DNA of 64,000 nt. Source: Eledone cirrhosa (lineage: Eukaryota). Both the position numbers and the translations under genes were made by a program. This document shows, one piece after another, positions 43,931 through 57,356 of this stretch. The notes under the pieces were generated by a model. The model had not been told where the DNA came from, did no database searches, and saw nothing but the letters and a program-made list of their open reading frames with translations. Within the stretch, counting starts at the first letter, position 1. Every line of letters begins with the position of its first letter. The stretch is from assembly GCA_964016885.1 (NCBI GenBank), contig OZ024743.1:170314001-170378000 (forward strand). The letters are read 5' to 3'.

Positions 43931-46190
43931 ATACAGGAAACCTAATGACAATCTGCACTACATCCACCGCCGATCAAACCATCCTAGGAACATCACAAAC
44001 AACCTGGTCAAAAACATCTCCCTCCGCATATCCCGTTTGTCAGCTAATGAGCGGATATTCGATGAACATGCGCCTTATTACAACCAGGCCCTCAAGCGGA
44101 GTGGTTTCCGGGAGGAAATATCCTACTGTCCAGCTCCCATTAGCGGAACCAGCAGGAGACACCGCCGCTCACGCAATGTAACATGGTTCAATCCTCCCCA
44201 CAACGCAGAGGTGACAACTCCCATCGGGAAACTATTCTTTAGGCTCATTGAAAAACACTTCCCATTACAACACCGCTACCACAACATAATTAACAAAAAT
44301 ACCATCAAACTCTCTTACAGCACTACACCAAACTTCGCACAAAACATCGTCTCCTCTAACAACAAAAAACTCAACCCCGATGGCAGAAATAACCTAAATA
44401 GCAGTGGAGAACCGACCAGGAGGTGTAACTGCCCGGATAGATCTATTTGCCCACTCGACAATAGATGCAGAGACCGTAATGTGATTTACCAGTGCAACGT
44501 GAGGACGGATACCTCCAACAAAGCCTATATAGGACTTACCGCATGTGACTTCAAGACCCGGCTATACCAACATAGACATACCTTCCGAAACCCGGCCCGG
44601 CGTCACGCCACTACACTTTCGGGCCACATATGGGACCTCAAGGACAACAACATCACCTATGATCTCACTTGGAGATTACTGTCCAGAGCCAATTCTTACA
44701 CGGGAGGACGCCGTCCGTGCAATTTATGCTCGGAGGAAACTTTACAAATGCTGTTTTCGACGGACCAACTCCTAAACAAGAAAGATGAACTGGTTACTGC
44801 ATGTAAACATAGATTGCGTAGGACTTACCTCGCCCTCAAACCCCATAATGACCCGGGGGGGTAGACTAGGGCTATAACACCCCACTTGCCGATTTTGCAA
44901 TGGGTAACCCCTGCTTGCCAAGGGAGACGTAAGATCTTCTTTGTATTCTTTTATCGCTTCCTTTATTTCCTTCCTTCCCCCCTCTCTCCTTAGTCCTTCT
45001 ACCCCAGCTCTTCTCCTTTGTTGGCGTCTTTTCTCGCCCACCCGAGGCTGCCCTTTGGCCCCTTGTAGCCTTAGTTCCCCCACCCCCTCCCCTAGTCTAG
45101 GATAGATTTGGCGGACTCCGCCCTTTATAGCAGTTGGTTTAGACCCCGGATACTTGTCCCCTTTTTCCGACCGCTCCCACTATTCTCTGTGCCCTCTATA
45201 TTTCTTAGTGGCACTTATGCCTTATTTTTTCGTTTCAGTATTTCTTTCTTCGCTTTTCTTTTGGGCGGGGTGGATTCTGAATTTATTCTTCCGTATTCTA
45301 CCTTTACTTCGTACGAACTTTCATGTAGCTTGTTTTAGATCTTTTAGAGTTAGCATTAGTATATATTTTTCTCGGGACTCAGAATTATTATCTCGTATTA
45401 GTTCACTCTGCTGCACTGGGTGGTTGCTGGAATTGTGCCCGGGATGGAAACCTTTATTGTTTATTTCGTGGTAGTCTCTTTAGTATTTTGGCCTCTTTTG
45501 TTGACCCGTCACCGTATCATTTACGTACTTATACCTCTTAAAAGAGTCCTCGCCTATACCGTCCCACCTAGTTCTTTTACTTATTTCGTTATTTCTTTAT
45601 TTCTTTCTTTACTTCTTTCTTTCTTTATTTATTTATTTATTCTAGCCTAACAATAGCCTGAGACCTAGGTCGTAGAATTTAATTTACTTTACTTTTTTCT
45701 TTACACTCATCTGTTTTTCTTTACACTTATTTGCTTTTCTTCACTCTCAGTATTTTTTCTTTCCTATATTTCTACCCCCCATTGTTCTACCTACCGTTCC
45801 GACTTCCTCCCCCTCCCCCTCCCCTGTATCTTCTTTGACCTCATGCCCAGCTGTAGCTGGCACTACAAACGCTTGATTGGGGCTACTCCACCCCCTCCCC
45901 TCTTTCTCCTACTGGCAGGTTTAGCCACCATCTCCCCTACTAATTTGCAACCACAGAATTACTACTGATTTTTGACAATCAATTTGACCATATATGGAAT
46001 TACCCCTTGAGAAGATCGGCTATTTAAATACCAGGATAAATTTTCATTTAGTCCAGAATTAGCCGTCGAAACGGCTTGAGCTCAGCTGTCGGGGTCTTAC
46101 TGGTTCCTATTACCCACTCTACTACCTCAAGTATTGAGTACTTTGGTGCGTTATGGTCCACCTGGTTCCTTACCACATTTCCTTTGTTAT
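43931..46190 (+). mobile_element. 5'-truncated Hydra-like PLE: thumb, GIY-YIG (ORF to 44864), long 3' region
   Basis: YRKPNDNLHYIHRRSNHP, CNCPDRSICPL, VIYQC..AYIGLT..FKTRLYQH, CNLCSEE and CKHR; hammerhead near the 3' end. Confidence 0.88.
46002..46095 (+). ncRNA. Variant type I hammerhead at PLE 3' end
   Basis: ACCCC-TTGAGAAGA-TCGGCTA...TAGCCGTC-GAAAC-GGCT-TGAGCTC-AGCT-GTC-GGGGT; all three stems pair but the 5' core is non-canonical. Confidence 0.65.
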
Positions 46191-46315
46191 ATATTATATA
46201 TATATAATATATCATATATATTATATATATATATATTATATATATTATATATATATATATTATATTATATATATTATATTATATATATTATATATATATA
46301 TTATATTATAAATAT

Positions 46316-46346
<31 letters not shown>

Positions 46347-46387
46347 ATATATATATATTATATAATATATATATAATACATATATAT

Positions 46388-46435
<48 letters not shown>

Positions 46436-46705
46436 CATATATATTATATAATATATATATATATATAATATATATATATAATATATATATATATAATATA
46501 TATATATTATATAATATATATATATAATATATATGTATTATATATATATATATTATATAATATATATGTATTATATATATATATATATATATATTATATA
46601 ATATATATGTATTATATATATATATATATACATTATATAATATATATATATTATATATATATATAAATATATATATATTATATATATATATATATATATT
46701 ATACC

Positions 46706-47703
46706 AGAGAGCTTATACCACTATTAGCCGCTAGAGGGTTCTCCCTAAAAATGAAAGGCAGGTTATATGATGCCTGCATACGAACAGCAATGCTGCATGA
46801 CAGTGAGACCTGGGCATTGTGTGCAGAGGACATACGCAGACTAGAGAGGAATGAAGCTTGCATGCTCCGCTGGATGTGCAATAGTAATACACGTGAACGG
46901 CTAAGCATAAACGAACTAAGGAAAAAATTAGAAATAAGAGGGATCAGATGGCGTTTACTCGAGAGAAGGCTACGTTGGTACGGTCACGTGATGCGCATGA
47001 AAGACGACAGCTGTATAACAAAGTGCAGGGCAATAAAGATAGACGGTAGCCACGGAGTAGGCAGACCCAGAAAAACCTGGGACGACATGATAAATTCCGA
47101 CCTCACACGCTTACACCTCTCCAAGACAATGTCACTGGACCGAGACCTTTGGCGGTACTCAGTAATAGAGAAAACCCGCCTTACCTACATACAAAGTAAA
47201 AACCTACTACAGTCAGTAGGCATCTCTATCAAAACACACCCCCGTCCCACCACCTCCACCCCATCCACACCGCCCCGCCCCTTTCAATGTAAAGTTATCT
47301 TGGTACCACAACATCCAGGCCGAAACAAATGAGATCGTGTAGGTGTCACGACAAAAAAACACACAGTCCACGCTGTAAATGTGGCCGTGTAGGCAACACG
47401 GTAAAAACCTCCCAGCCCCACACTGTAAATGTGGATGGTGTTAGGAAGGGCATCCAGCTGTAGAAAACCCGCCAGACAGTCCACGCTGTAATGTGGCCGT
47501 GTAGGCAACATGGTAAAAACCTCCCAGCCCCACACTGTAAATGTGGTTGGTGTTAGGAAGGGCATCCAGCTGTAGAAAACCCGCCAGACAGTCCTATGCG
47601 AGCAAGACAACCACTCTTGCCTCAAGTGGGAAAACCCCCGTCCAAACCCATGCAAGCGTGGAACACGGACGCTAAACCTGATGATGATGATGATGATGAT
47701 GAT
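46706..47703 (+). mobile_element. 3' fragment of RTE family B with ~113-bp tandem duplication in the 3' UTR
   Basis: ORF 46751-47332; CAGTCCACGCTGTAA repeats at 47365 and 47478; (GAT)n tail. Confidence 0.9.
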
Positions 47704-47933
47704 ATTATATATATATATTATATATATATATATATAAATATATATATATTATATATATATATATGTATTATATATATAGTAATAATAATTAAATTGAAGA
47801 CTAAAATCCAAAGAGGGCTCGATAAGGAAAATATATATCAAATATATAAGAACCGTAGAGCAAATATTTATTAAAATAACAGATTAAAGTTTAAGCAAAG
47901 AATCGCTGCTTTCACCCTTAATGGGATCTTCTG

Positions 47934-47977
<44 letters not shown>

Positions 47978-48039
47978 TATATATATTTTATATATATATT
48001 ATATATATATATATTATATATATATATATTATATATATA

Positions 48040-48083
<44 letters not shown>

Positions 48084-48088
48084 ATATA

Positions 48089-48179
<91 letters not shown>

Positions 48180-48211
48180 ATTATATATATATATATATTA
48201 TATATATATAT

Positions 48212-48268
<57 letters not shown>

Positions 48269-48565
48269 ATATATTATATATATATATATATATTATATAT
48301 ATATATTATATATATTATATATATATATATATTATATATATTTATATTATATATATATATTATATATATATATATTATATATATATTATATATATATATA
48401 TTATATATATATATTATATATATATATATATTATATATATATATTATATATATATATATATTATATATATATATTATATATATATATATATATTATATAT
48501 ATATATATATTATATATATATATATGCCTCCATATATATTATATATATATATATATAATATATAT

Positions 48566-48838
48566 GGAGGCACATGGCTTAGTGGTTAGAGCATTGGCCT
48601 TGCAATCAAAAGGTTGTGAGTTCAATTCTCAGACCGGGTGATGTGTTGTTTCCTTGAGCAAGGCACTTTATTTCACATTGCTCCAGTTTACTCAGCTGTA
48701 GAAATGAGATGATAGGGACTGGGGTCCCTATCATTCCACTGTAAAGTGGTCGTGGAGGTGCCACGGCAAAAAAGCACCCAGCACTCACTGTAAATGAGGT
48801 TGGTGTTAGGAAGGGCATCCAGCTGTAGAAATCAAGCC
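48566..48838 (+). mobile_element. tRNA-derived SINE with RTE-A-derived 3' region
   Basis: A-box TGGCTTAGTGG, B-box GAGTTCAATTC, core CCTTGAGCAAGGCACTT; 48775-48838 is the reverse complement of the RTE-A 3' UTR (about 19528-19592). Confidence 0.85.
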
Positions 48839-48935
48839 CATCAACGGGGCAAAAGTTCCAAAAGGGGGGAAACAGGCCAACTTTCTCCGCTTGGCCTGTT
48901 TCCCCCCTTTTGGAACTTTTTCCCCGTTGATGGGC
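48836..48935. repeat. 45-bp inverted repeat with 10-nt loop
   Basis: 48836-48880 pairs with 48891-48935 with one mismatch. Confidence 0.92.
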
Positions 48936-49112
48936 GTGAGCCCGAAATATTGGGATTAAATCTCTACTACGGTAACCCTTCTACCTTTGTTTTGTTTTCA
49001 TCTTTGTCTCTCTCAATTTTCACTTTCACCTGTTTTTCCTATCTATATTTCACTTCCTACCTCGAGATTTCCCTTTGCATTGTTGTGGCTTTCTTAAATA
49101 CGTATATATATA

Positions 49113-50778
49113 TAGGAGAAGTACCTAGCTAAAGGTAAACCCCTCTACTTAGCTTTTGTCGACTTGGAGAAAGCCTTCGACAGAGTCCCCCGTTCCATTA
49201 TCTGGTGGGCCCTTAGAAAACTAGGTGTCGACGAATGGCTTGTGAGAGCTGTACAAGCCATGTATAAAGAAACAGTCAGCAAGGTTAGAATTAACAACGA
49301 ATATAGTGAAGAGTTTAGCATAAAAGTTGGCGTCCATCAGGGCTCTGTTCTCAGCCCCCTACTATTTATTATTGCCCTTCAGGCTATAACAGAGGAGTTC
49401 AAGACCGGCTGCCCATGGGAACTCCTATACGCAGACGACCTGACACTCATAGCTGAATCAATGGCCGAGCTAGAGAAGAAATTCCAAACATGGAAGCACG
49501 GCCTAGAATCAAAAGGTCTTAAAATTAACCTGGCTAAGACTAAAGTTCTAGTTTGTAGGAAAGAAAATAAGGCGCCGGTCCCTTCCGGGAAATGGCCATG
49601 CTCAGTGTGTAGGAAAGGCGTAGGCAGAAACTCCATTTTATGTCCCAAATGCAAAGTATGGGTGCATAAAAGATGTAGTGGGATCACAGGTAAGCTAACT
49701 AAGAACATAGATTTTACATGTGGGCGGTGCTCTGGTGCAATAAGTAGCAGCAAGTGCCCACAAAATACTAGCTCTTACAACTGCGCAGAGGGCTCTATAG
49801 AAATAGTGGACAGCTTCCGTTACCTGGGTGACAAAATCAGCAGTGGGTGAGGGTGCTCGGAAAGTACAGTAGCTAGAGTCAGAACTGGATGGAAAAAGTT
49901 CAGAGAGCTTATACCACTATTAGCCGCTAAAGGGTTCTCCCTAAAAATGAAAGGCAGGTTGTATGATGCCTGCATACGAACAGCAATGTTGCATGGCAGT
50001 GAGACCTGGGCATTGTGTGTAAAGGATATACGCAGACTAGAGAGGAACGAAGTTTGCATGCTCCACTGGATGTGTAATAGTAATATACGTGAACGGCAAA
50101 GCATAAACGAACTAAGGAAAAAATTAAAATTAGAGGGATCAGATGTTGTTTACTCGAGAGAAGGCTACGTTGGTATGGACACGTGATGCGCATGAAAGTC
50201 GATAGCTGTATAACAAAGTGCAGGGCAATAAAGATAGACGGTAGCCACGGAATAGGCAGACCTAAAAAAACCTGGAACGAGCTGATAAACTCCGACCTCA
50301 CACACTTACACCTCTCCAAGACAATGTCACTGGACCGAGACCTTTGGCGGTACTCAGTAATAGAGAAGACCCGCCTTACCTAAATACATAGTAAAACCTA
50401 CTACAGCCAGTAGGCATCTCTAACAAAATAGAACCCCCGTTCCACCAGCCCCACCCCATCCACACCAACCCCTCCTATGTAAAGTTATGTTGGTGCCACA
50501 CCATCCAGGCCGAAACAAATGAGATCGTGTAGGTGTCACGACAAAAAAACACACAGTCCACGCTGTAATGTGGCCGTGTAGGCAACACGGTAAAAACCTC
50601 CCAGACCCACACTGTAAATGTGGTTGGTGTTAAGAAGGGCATCCAACTGTAGAAAACCTGCCAGACAGTCCTATGCGAGGAAGACAATCACTCTTGCCTC
50701 AAGTGGGAATACCCCCGTCCAAACCCATGCAAGCGTGGAACACGGACGTTAAACGTTGATGATGATGATGATGATGAT
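49113..50778 (+). mobile_element. 5'-truncated RTE family B, frameshifted RT with PHD finger
   Basis: ORFs 49164-49850, 49947-50186 and 50183-50383; (GAT)n tail. Confidence 0.92.
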
Positions 50779-50927
50779 TATATATATATATATATTATAT
50801 ACATATATGTATATTATATATATATATATATTATATATATATATATTATATTTATATATATATATATTATATATATATATATTATATTTATATATATATT
50901 ATAAATTATATATATATATATATATTA

Positions 50928-50961
<34 letters not shown>

Positions 50962-51024
50962 CATATATATTATATATATACATATATATTATATATATAC
51001 ATATATATATTTATATATTACATA

Positions 51025-51063
<39 letters not shown>

Positions 51064-51539
51064 TATTATATATATACATATATATTATATATATACATAT
51101 ATATTATATATATACATATATATTATATATATACATATATATTATATATATACATATATAAAATTTATATATTACATATATATATATTATATATATATTA
51201 TATATATTTATATATATATACATATATATTAAACAAATAACGAAACGAAATTAACTTAATTGTTACATATATATTATATATATACATATATATACATATA
51301 TATTATATATATATATATTATATATATATTTATATATTACATATATATATATTATATATATATTATATATATACATATATATTATATATATACATATATA
51401 TTATATATATACATATATATTATATATATACATATATATATTTATATATTACATATCATATATATATATTATATATATTATATATATATTATACGTATAT
51501 AATATATATATGATATAAATATATATATATTATATACAT

Positions 51540-54157
51540 ATCATCATCATCACTGTTTTATGTCTGTTCTTCCACGCTAGCATGGGTTAGACGGGTTGTC
51601 CTGTTGTGGGCAGTGTCTGGTCGGCTGACCATGCCTTGCTCATACAGGAACTGATTTGGCTTTATTTCTACAGCTGGATGCCCTTCCTAACACCAACCTC
51701 ATTTACAGTGAGTGCTGGGTGCTTTTTCGTGGCGCCTACACGTCCACTTTACAGTGTGGGCTGGGTGCTTTTTTGCCGTGGCATCTCCACGACCACCTTG
51801 CAGTGGGAGGGTGTGGGGGCATATTGTCTATATGCTTCAGCTTGTACCCATGGGAGGTCGGGTACTCTGTATTACTGCGTGACGCCAGTGGTCACGGTCG
51901 TGTGTCATCGCCTTTGAGAGGTGTAATTGGGTAAGGTCGGCTTTTATCACCTCATCCCAGGTCATCTTGGGTCTCCCCACTCCGCGGTTTCCATCAACTT
52001 CTAGTGTTCTGGACCTTTTTATGCAGCTGTCATCCTTCATACGCATCACATGTCCATACCAATGCATCCACCTCTCCACCTTCAGCGCCCAGGTCTCACT
52101 ACCATGTAACATTGCTGTTCGGCTACACGCATCATACAGTCTGCCTTTCATTTTGAGGGAGAAGCCTTTTGCAGCTAGCAGTGGTAGTAGTTCCCTGAAC
52201 TTCTTCCATCCCGTTCTTACCCTAATTATTGTACTTTCTGAACACCCACCTCCGCTACTAATTCGGTCACCTAGGTAGCAGAAGCTGTCTACTGTCTCTA
52301 CAGAGCCCTCCCAGAGATTGGTGGTACTTGTTTCCTGTGGTTGTTTGCTGTTTGCTGTCTCAGTACAGCTGCTGCATGTGAAGCCTACATTCTTAATTAA
52401 GCTTCCTGAGATCCCGCTACATCTCTTGTGTACCCATTGTTTGCATTTGGGGCAGAGAATGGAGTTCCTACCTACACCTTTCCTACATACTGAGCAAGGC
52501 CATTTCCCTGAGGGGATCTGGGTTCTGTTTTCTCGTCTACTTACAAGGACCTTAGTCTTTGTCATGTTGACTTTGAGACCCTTTCTTTCTAGTCCCTGCT
52601 TCCAAGTTTGGAATTTCTTCTCTAGTTCTACCATAGATTCAGCTATAAGTGCGAGGTCATCAGCATACAGGAGTTCCCATGGACATCCGGTCTTAAACTC
52701 CTCCGTTATTGCCTGCAGGACTATGATGAACAGGAGAGGGCTAAGGACAGAGCCCTGGTGAACCCCAACCTGTACGCTAAATTCCTCGCTATACTCATTG
52801 CTAATCCTAACTTTGCTGACTGCTACCCTATACATGGCTTGTACAGCTTTCACAAGCCATTCATCTACTCCTAGTTTTCTAAGAGCCCACCAGATTACAG
52901 CACGTGGAACTCTGTCAAAGGCTTTCTTGAGATTGACGAATGCCAGGTAGAGTGGCTTAATTTTAGCTAGGTACTTTTCCTATAACTGCCTCACAAGGAA
53001 GAGGGCATCAGTGGTGCCTCTTCCTGGTACAAACCCAAATTGCATCTCATCTAGTTTCACCCGGTCCCTAATCAACTGTGCTATAACTCTTTCTGTTACT
53101 TTCATGACCTGGTCCATCAGCTTTATACCTCTATAGTTTCTTCTATCGAGTGCATCACCTTTACCTTTGTAGCAGTTGACAATGATGCTACTGCACCAAT
53201 CTTTTCGTATGACACCTTCTAGTATTACCTGGTTAACAATACGTGTGGTTATAGTGTGACCTACAGACCCAGATGCCTTTAGCATCTCGGCAGCTATACC
53301 CAATGGACCGGTTGCCTTCCCCATCTTCATATCTTTGATTGCCTTACTTACTATGCTGCTGCTGACTTGTACTGCTGACCCCTCTATAGGGTCTACTTGG
53401 GGTAGGGTCTCTTCTTCCCATGCATTCTCCTCATTTAGTAATCTATCATAATGACTCTTCCATGCATCTTTCTTCTCAGCACTTGTGAGGGCAAGCTCAC
53501 CTTTATCATTCCAGATACACTTCTCTCCAATGACATCACATTTCTCTCTGACACACTGCCTCGCAATCTTGAACACCTCCTGTTTCTGGTCCTCACGTTG
53601 CAAAACATGCTTGAATTTTCTATCCTCTGCTTCCTTCCTAGCTAAGTATACTTGTCGCCTAGCTTCCCTCTTGGTCTCTATGTAATGTACCCTGCTCCCC
53701 CCGTTCTTCCATTCTTTCCATGCCTGTCTCTTGGCCTTAACTGCCTCATCTACCTTATTGTTCCACCACCAAGTCACTCTAATCCTGCTTGTGGTCTTAC
53801 TCCAGCCACAGACCTCATCTGTCGCCTCTAGTAAGTTATTTTTTAGGAACTCCCAGTGCTCTTCTACATTGAATGTCTCTATCTGTTCTTCTTTACTCTC
53901 ATAGGCGTTGAGTAAAATATCTTTAAATCTGTTACTGGCTGAGGGGTCTTTCAGCTTCCAGATCTTTCTTCTCCAGGTTGGCCTCTGTTTCCAGGTTCGT
54001 CTAGTTCTGACTGTGAGGTCGCTGACAACTAAGCTATGTTGGGAGGTACATTCCTCACTAGGGAAGGCTTTTGTGTTTACGACCGTCCTTCTGTCACGTC
54101 CTCTGACGAGGATAAAATCTATCTGACTAGAATGCTCCCCTGATCTATAGGTGATCA
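51540..54157 (-). mobile_element. 5'-truncated RTE family A (AP-endonuclease C-terminus plus disrupted RT)
   Basis: LITYRSGEHSSQIDFIL..SQH at about 54030-54157; ORFs 52980-53777 (premature stop) and 51837-52853 (small deletion near 52075). Confidence 0.92.
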
Positions 54158-54218
54158 GTATATTATATATATATTATATATATATATTATATACATATAT
54201 TATATATATATTATATAC

Positions 54219-56140
54219 ATCATCATCATCATCGTTTAACGTCCATCTTCCACGCTTGCATGGGTTTGGACGAGAGTTTTGCCACTTGAGGCAAGATTGG
54301 TTTTCCTGCTCATATAGGACTGTCTGGCGGGTTTTCTACGGCTGGATGCCCTTCCTAACACCAACCACGTTTACAGTGTGGACTGCGAGGTTTTTACCAT
54401 GTTACCTACATGGTCACATTACAGCGTGGACTGTGTGTTTTTTTGTCGTGACACCTACACGTCTGGCGGGTTTTCTACAGCTGGGTGCCCTTCCCAACAC
54501 CAACCATGTTTACAGTGTGGACTGGGAGGTTTTTACCGTGTTACCTACACGGCCACATAACAGCGTGGACTGTATGTTTTTTTGTCGTGACACCTACACA
54601 ACCTCATTTGTTTCGGACTGGATGTTATGGTACCAACATAACTTCACATTTAAGGGGGTGGTGTGGATGTGGTGGGGGTAGTGGGACGGGGGTATATTTT
54701 GTTTGAGGTGCCTACTGACTGTAGGTTTCGCTTCGTACTTAGGCAAGGCGGGTCTTCTGTATGACTGTGTAGTGCCAAAGATCTCGGTCCAGTGACATTG
54801 TCTTGGAGAGGTGTAAGTGTGTGAGGTCGGAATTTATCAAGTCGTCCCAGGTTTTTCTGGGTCTGCCTACTCCGTGGCTACTGTCTATTTTTATCGCCCT
54901 GCACTTTTTTATACAGCTGTTGTCTTTCATGCGCATCACGTGACCATACCAACGTAGTCTTCTCTCGAGTAAACAACATCTGATCCCTCTTATTCCTAAT
55001 TTCTCCCTTAGTTTGTTTATGCTTTGCTGTTCACGTATATTACTATTACACATTTCATCTAGATCAATTTGTTCTCTGATTAGTCGCGCTATTACTTTTT
55101 CTGTGACCTTCATGACCTGGTCGATTAATTTAATGCCTCTATAGTTACCCCTATCTAGGGCATCTCCTTTACCCTTGTAGCAGTTAATGATGATGCTGCT
55201 ACGCCAGTCCTTCGGAACGGCCCCATTCAGTATGACTTGGTGTACTATCCGGGTGACCATAGTGTGTCCCACCGTTCCAGATGCTTTCAGCATTTCAGCA
55301 ACTATTTCCGAAGGCCCGGCCGCCTTGCCTGTCTTCATGTCTTTGATCGCCTTACTTATTATACTACCTTCAGCTTGCACTGCTGGTCCCTCTATTGGGT
55401 CAATGTGGGGGAGACTGTCTTTCTCCCAATTATTCTCCTCATTTAGTAGCCTTTCGTAGTGACACTTCCAAGCTACCTTATTATCAGCGTCAGTGATGGC
55501 AAATACACCACCATCATTAAGGACACACTTCTCCCGGACAATATCACAGTTTTCCTTGACACATTGCCTAGCAATCCTGAACACCTCACGTTTTTGGTCC
55601 TCGTATTGTAGAACATGCTTGAACTTTCTTTCCTCTGCTTACCTTCTTGCGAAGTACACTTGTCTCCTAGCTTCCCTCCTGACCACTTGATAGTCTTCTC
55701 TACTTCCCTTATCCCGCCATACTTTCCAAGCCAGCTTTTTGGCCTTAATTGACTCCTCCACCTTACTGTTCCACCACCACGTTACTCTCCTCCTGCCTAT
55801 AGGCCTGCTCCAACCACAGACTTCATCTGCCGCCTTCAGCAGGTTAGCTTTCAGGAATTCCCACTGTTCCTCTATATTGTACGACTCTAATTGCTCTTCC
55901 TTACTGTCGAAAGCATCAAGTAATATGCTTTTATATTTATTACTAGCTGTTGGGTCCTTTAGCTTCCATATTTTTCTGCTGGGGATAGTCCTCCTCTGTT
56001 GTCGAGTACGTCTTGTCCTGACTATGAGGTCGCTGACTATGAGTCTATGTTGGGAGGTGCATTCTTCATGGGGGAGGGATGGTAAGGATATAATCTATCT
56101 GACTGGCGTGTTCCCCTGATCTATAGGTGATCAAGTGATG
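54219..56140 (-). mobile_element. RTE family B-related copy with the RT core deleted
   Basis: ORF 54739-55584 joins IDLDEM directly to CNSNIRE; endonuclease remnant HLITYRSG near 56115-56140. Confidence 0.88.
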
Positions 56141-56298
56141 GTTGGTGTTAGGAAGGGCATCCAGCCGTAGAAAACCCGCCAGACAGTCCTATATACGGGC
56201 AGCACAACCACTCTTGCCTCAAGTGGGAAAACCCCCGTCCAAACCCATGCAAGCGTGGAAGATGGACGTTAAACGATGATGATGATGATGATGATGAT
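56141..56298 (+). mobile_element. Inverted RTE-B 3' end with (GAT)n tail
   Basis: Reverse complement match to 54219-54366. Confidence 0.85.
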
Positions 56299-56360
56299 TA
56301 TATATATATATATATTATATATATATTATATATATATATATTATATATTATATACTATAT

Positions 56361-56764
56361 AGGCAGTATTGGTAGAAGATCGGACGCCCTGCTTTGATGC
56401 ATAGAGTTACAGCCCTTGCCATTCTGAGTTCAAATCCTGCCCAGGTTAACTCTGCCTTTCATCCTTACGGGGTCGATAAAATAAAGTACCAGTAATACAC
56501 TGGGTAATTGCTGGCCTTGTGCCAAAAGTAGAAACAATTATATATATATTATATATGGATTGGCAGTATCGATAGACAGTCGGACACCATGCTTTGAAGC
56601 ATAGAGTTACGTTCCTTTATGATCTGAGATCAAATCCCGCCGAGGTTAACTTTGCCTTTCATCCTTACGAGGTCGATAAAATAAAGTACCAGTAATGTAC
56701 TGGGTATTTGCTGGCCTTGTGCCTAAAATAGAAACAATTATATATATATATAATATATATATAT

Positions 56765-56795
<31 letters not shown>

Positions 56796-57216
56796 ATATA
56801 TATTATATATATTATATATATATTATATATATATATTATATATATATTATATATATTTATTATATATATATTATATAATAGAGGGTGGTGAATTGGCAGT
56901 ATCGTAAGAGGGTTGGACGCCATGCTTTCTAGCATAGTTACGTCCCTTTACAGTCTCAGTTCAAATTCCGCCGAGGTTAACTTTGCTTTTCATCCTTACA
57001 GGGTCAATAAAATAAAGTACCAGTAATGTACTGGGTAATTGCTGGCCTTGTGCCTAAAGTAGAAACAATTATATATATATTATATATATTATATATATTC
57101 TGAGTTCAAATCCCGCCGAGGTTAACTTTGCCTTTCATCCTTACGGGGTCGATAAAATAAAGTACCAGTAATACACTGGATAATTGCTGCCCTTGTGCCT
57201 AATGTAGAAACAATTA
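56361..57216 (+). mobile_element. Four head-to-tail copies of the tRNA-derived SINE separated by (TA)n
   Basis: Copies at about 56361-56540, 56557-56740, 56881-57070 and 57098-57216, each with TTCATCCTTAC..GTC.ATAAAATAAAGTACCAG and a GAAACAATTA end. Confidence 0.88.
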
Positions 57217-57356
57217 TATATATATTATATATATATATTATATATTTATTATATATATATTATATATATTATATATATATATTATATATATATATTATAT
57301 ATATATTATATATATTATATATATTATATATATATTTATATATATATTATATATAT

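Noticed and set aside
48566-48640. tRNA genes at SINE heads (also 35372, 56881 and about 62925)
   Set aside because: A/B boxes are present but there is no complete cloverleaf, and the sequence continues into SINE bodies.
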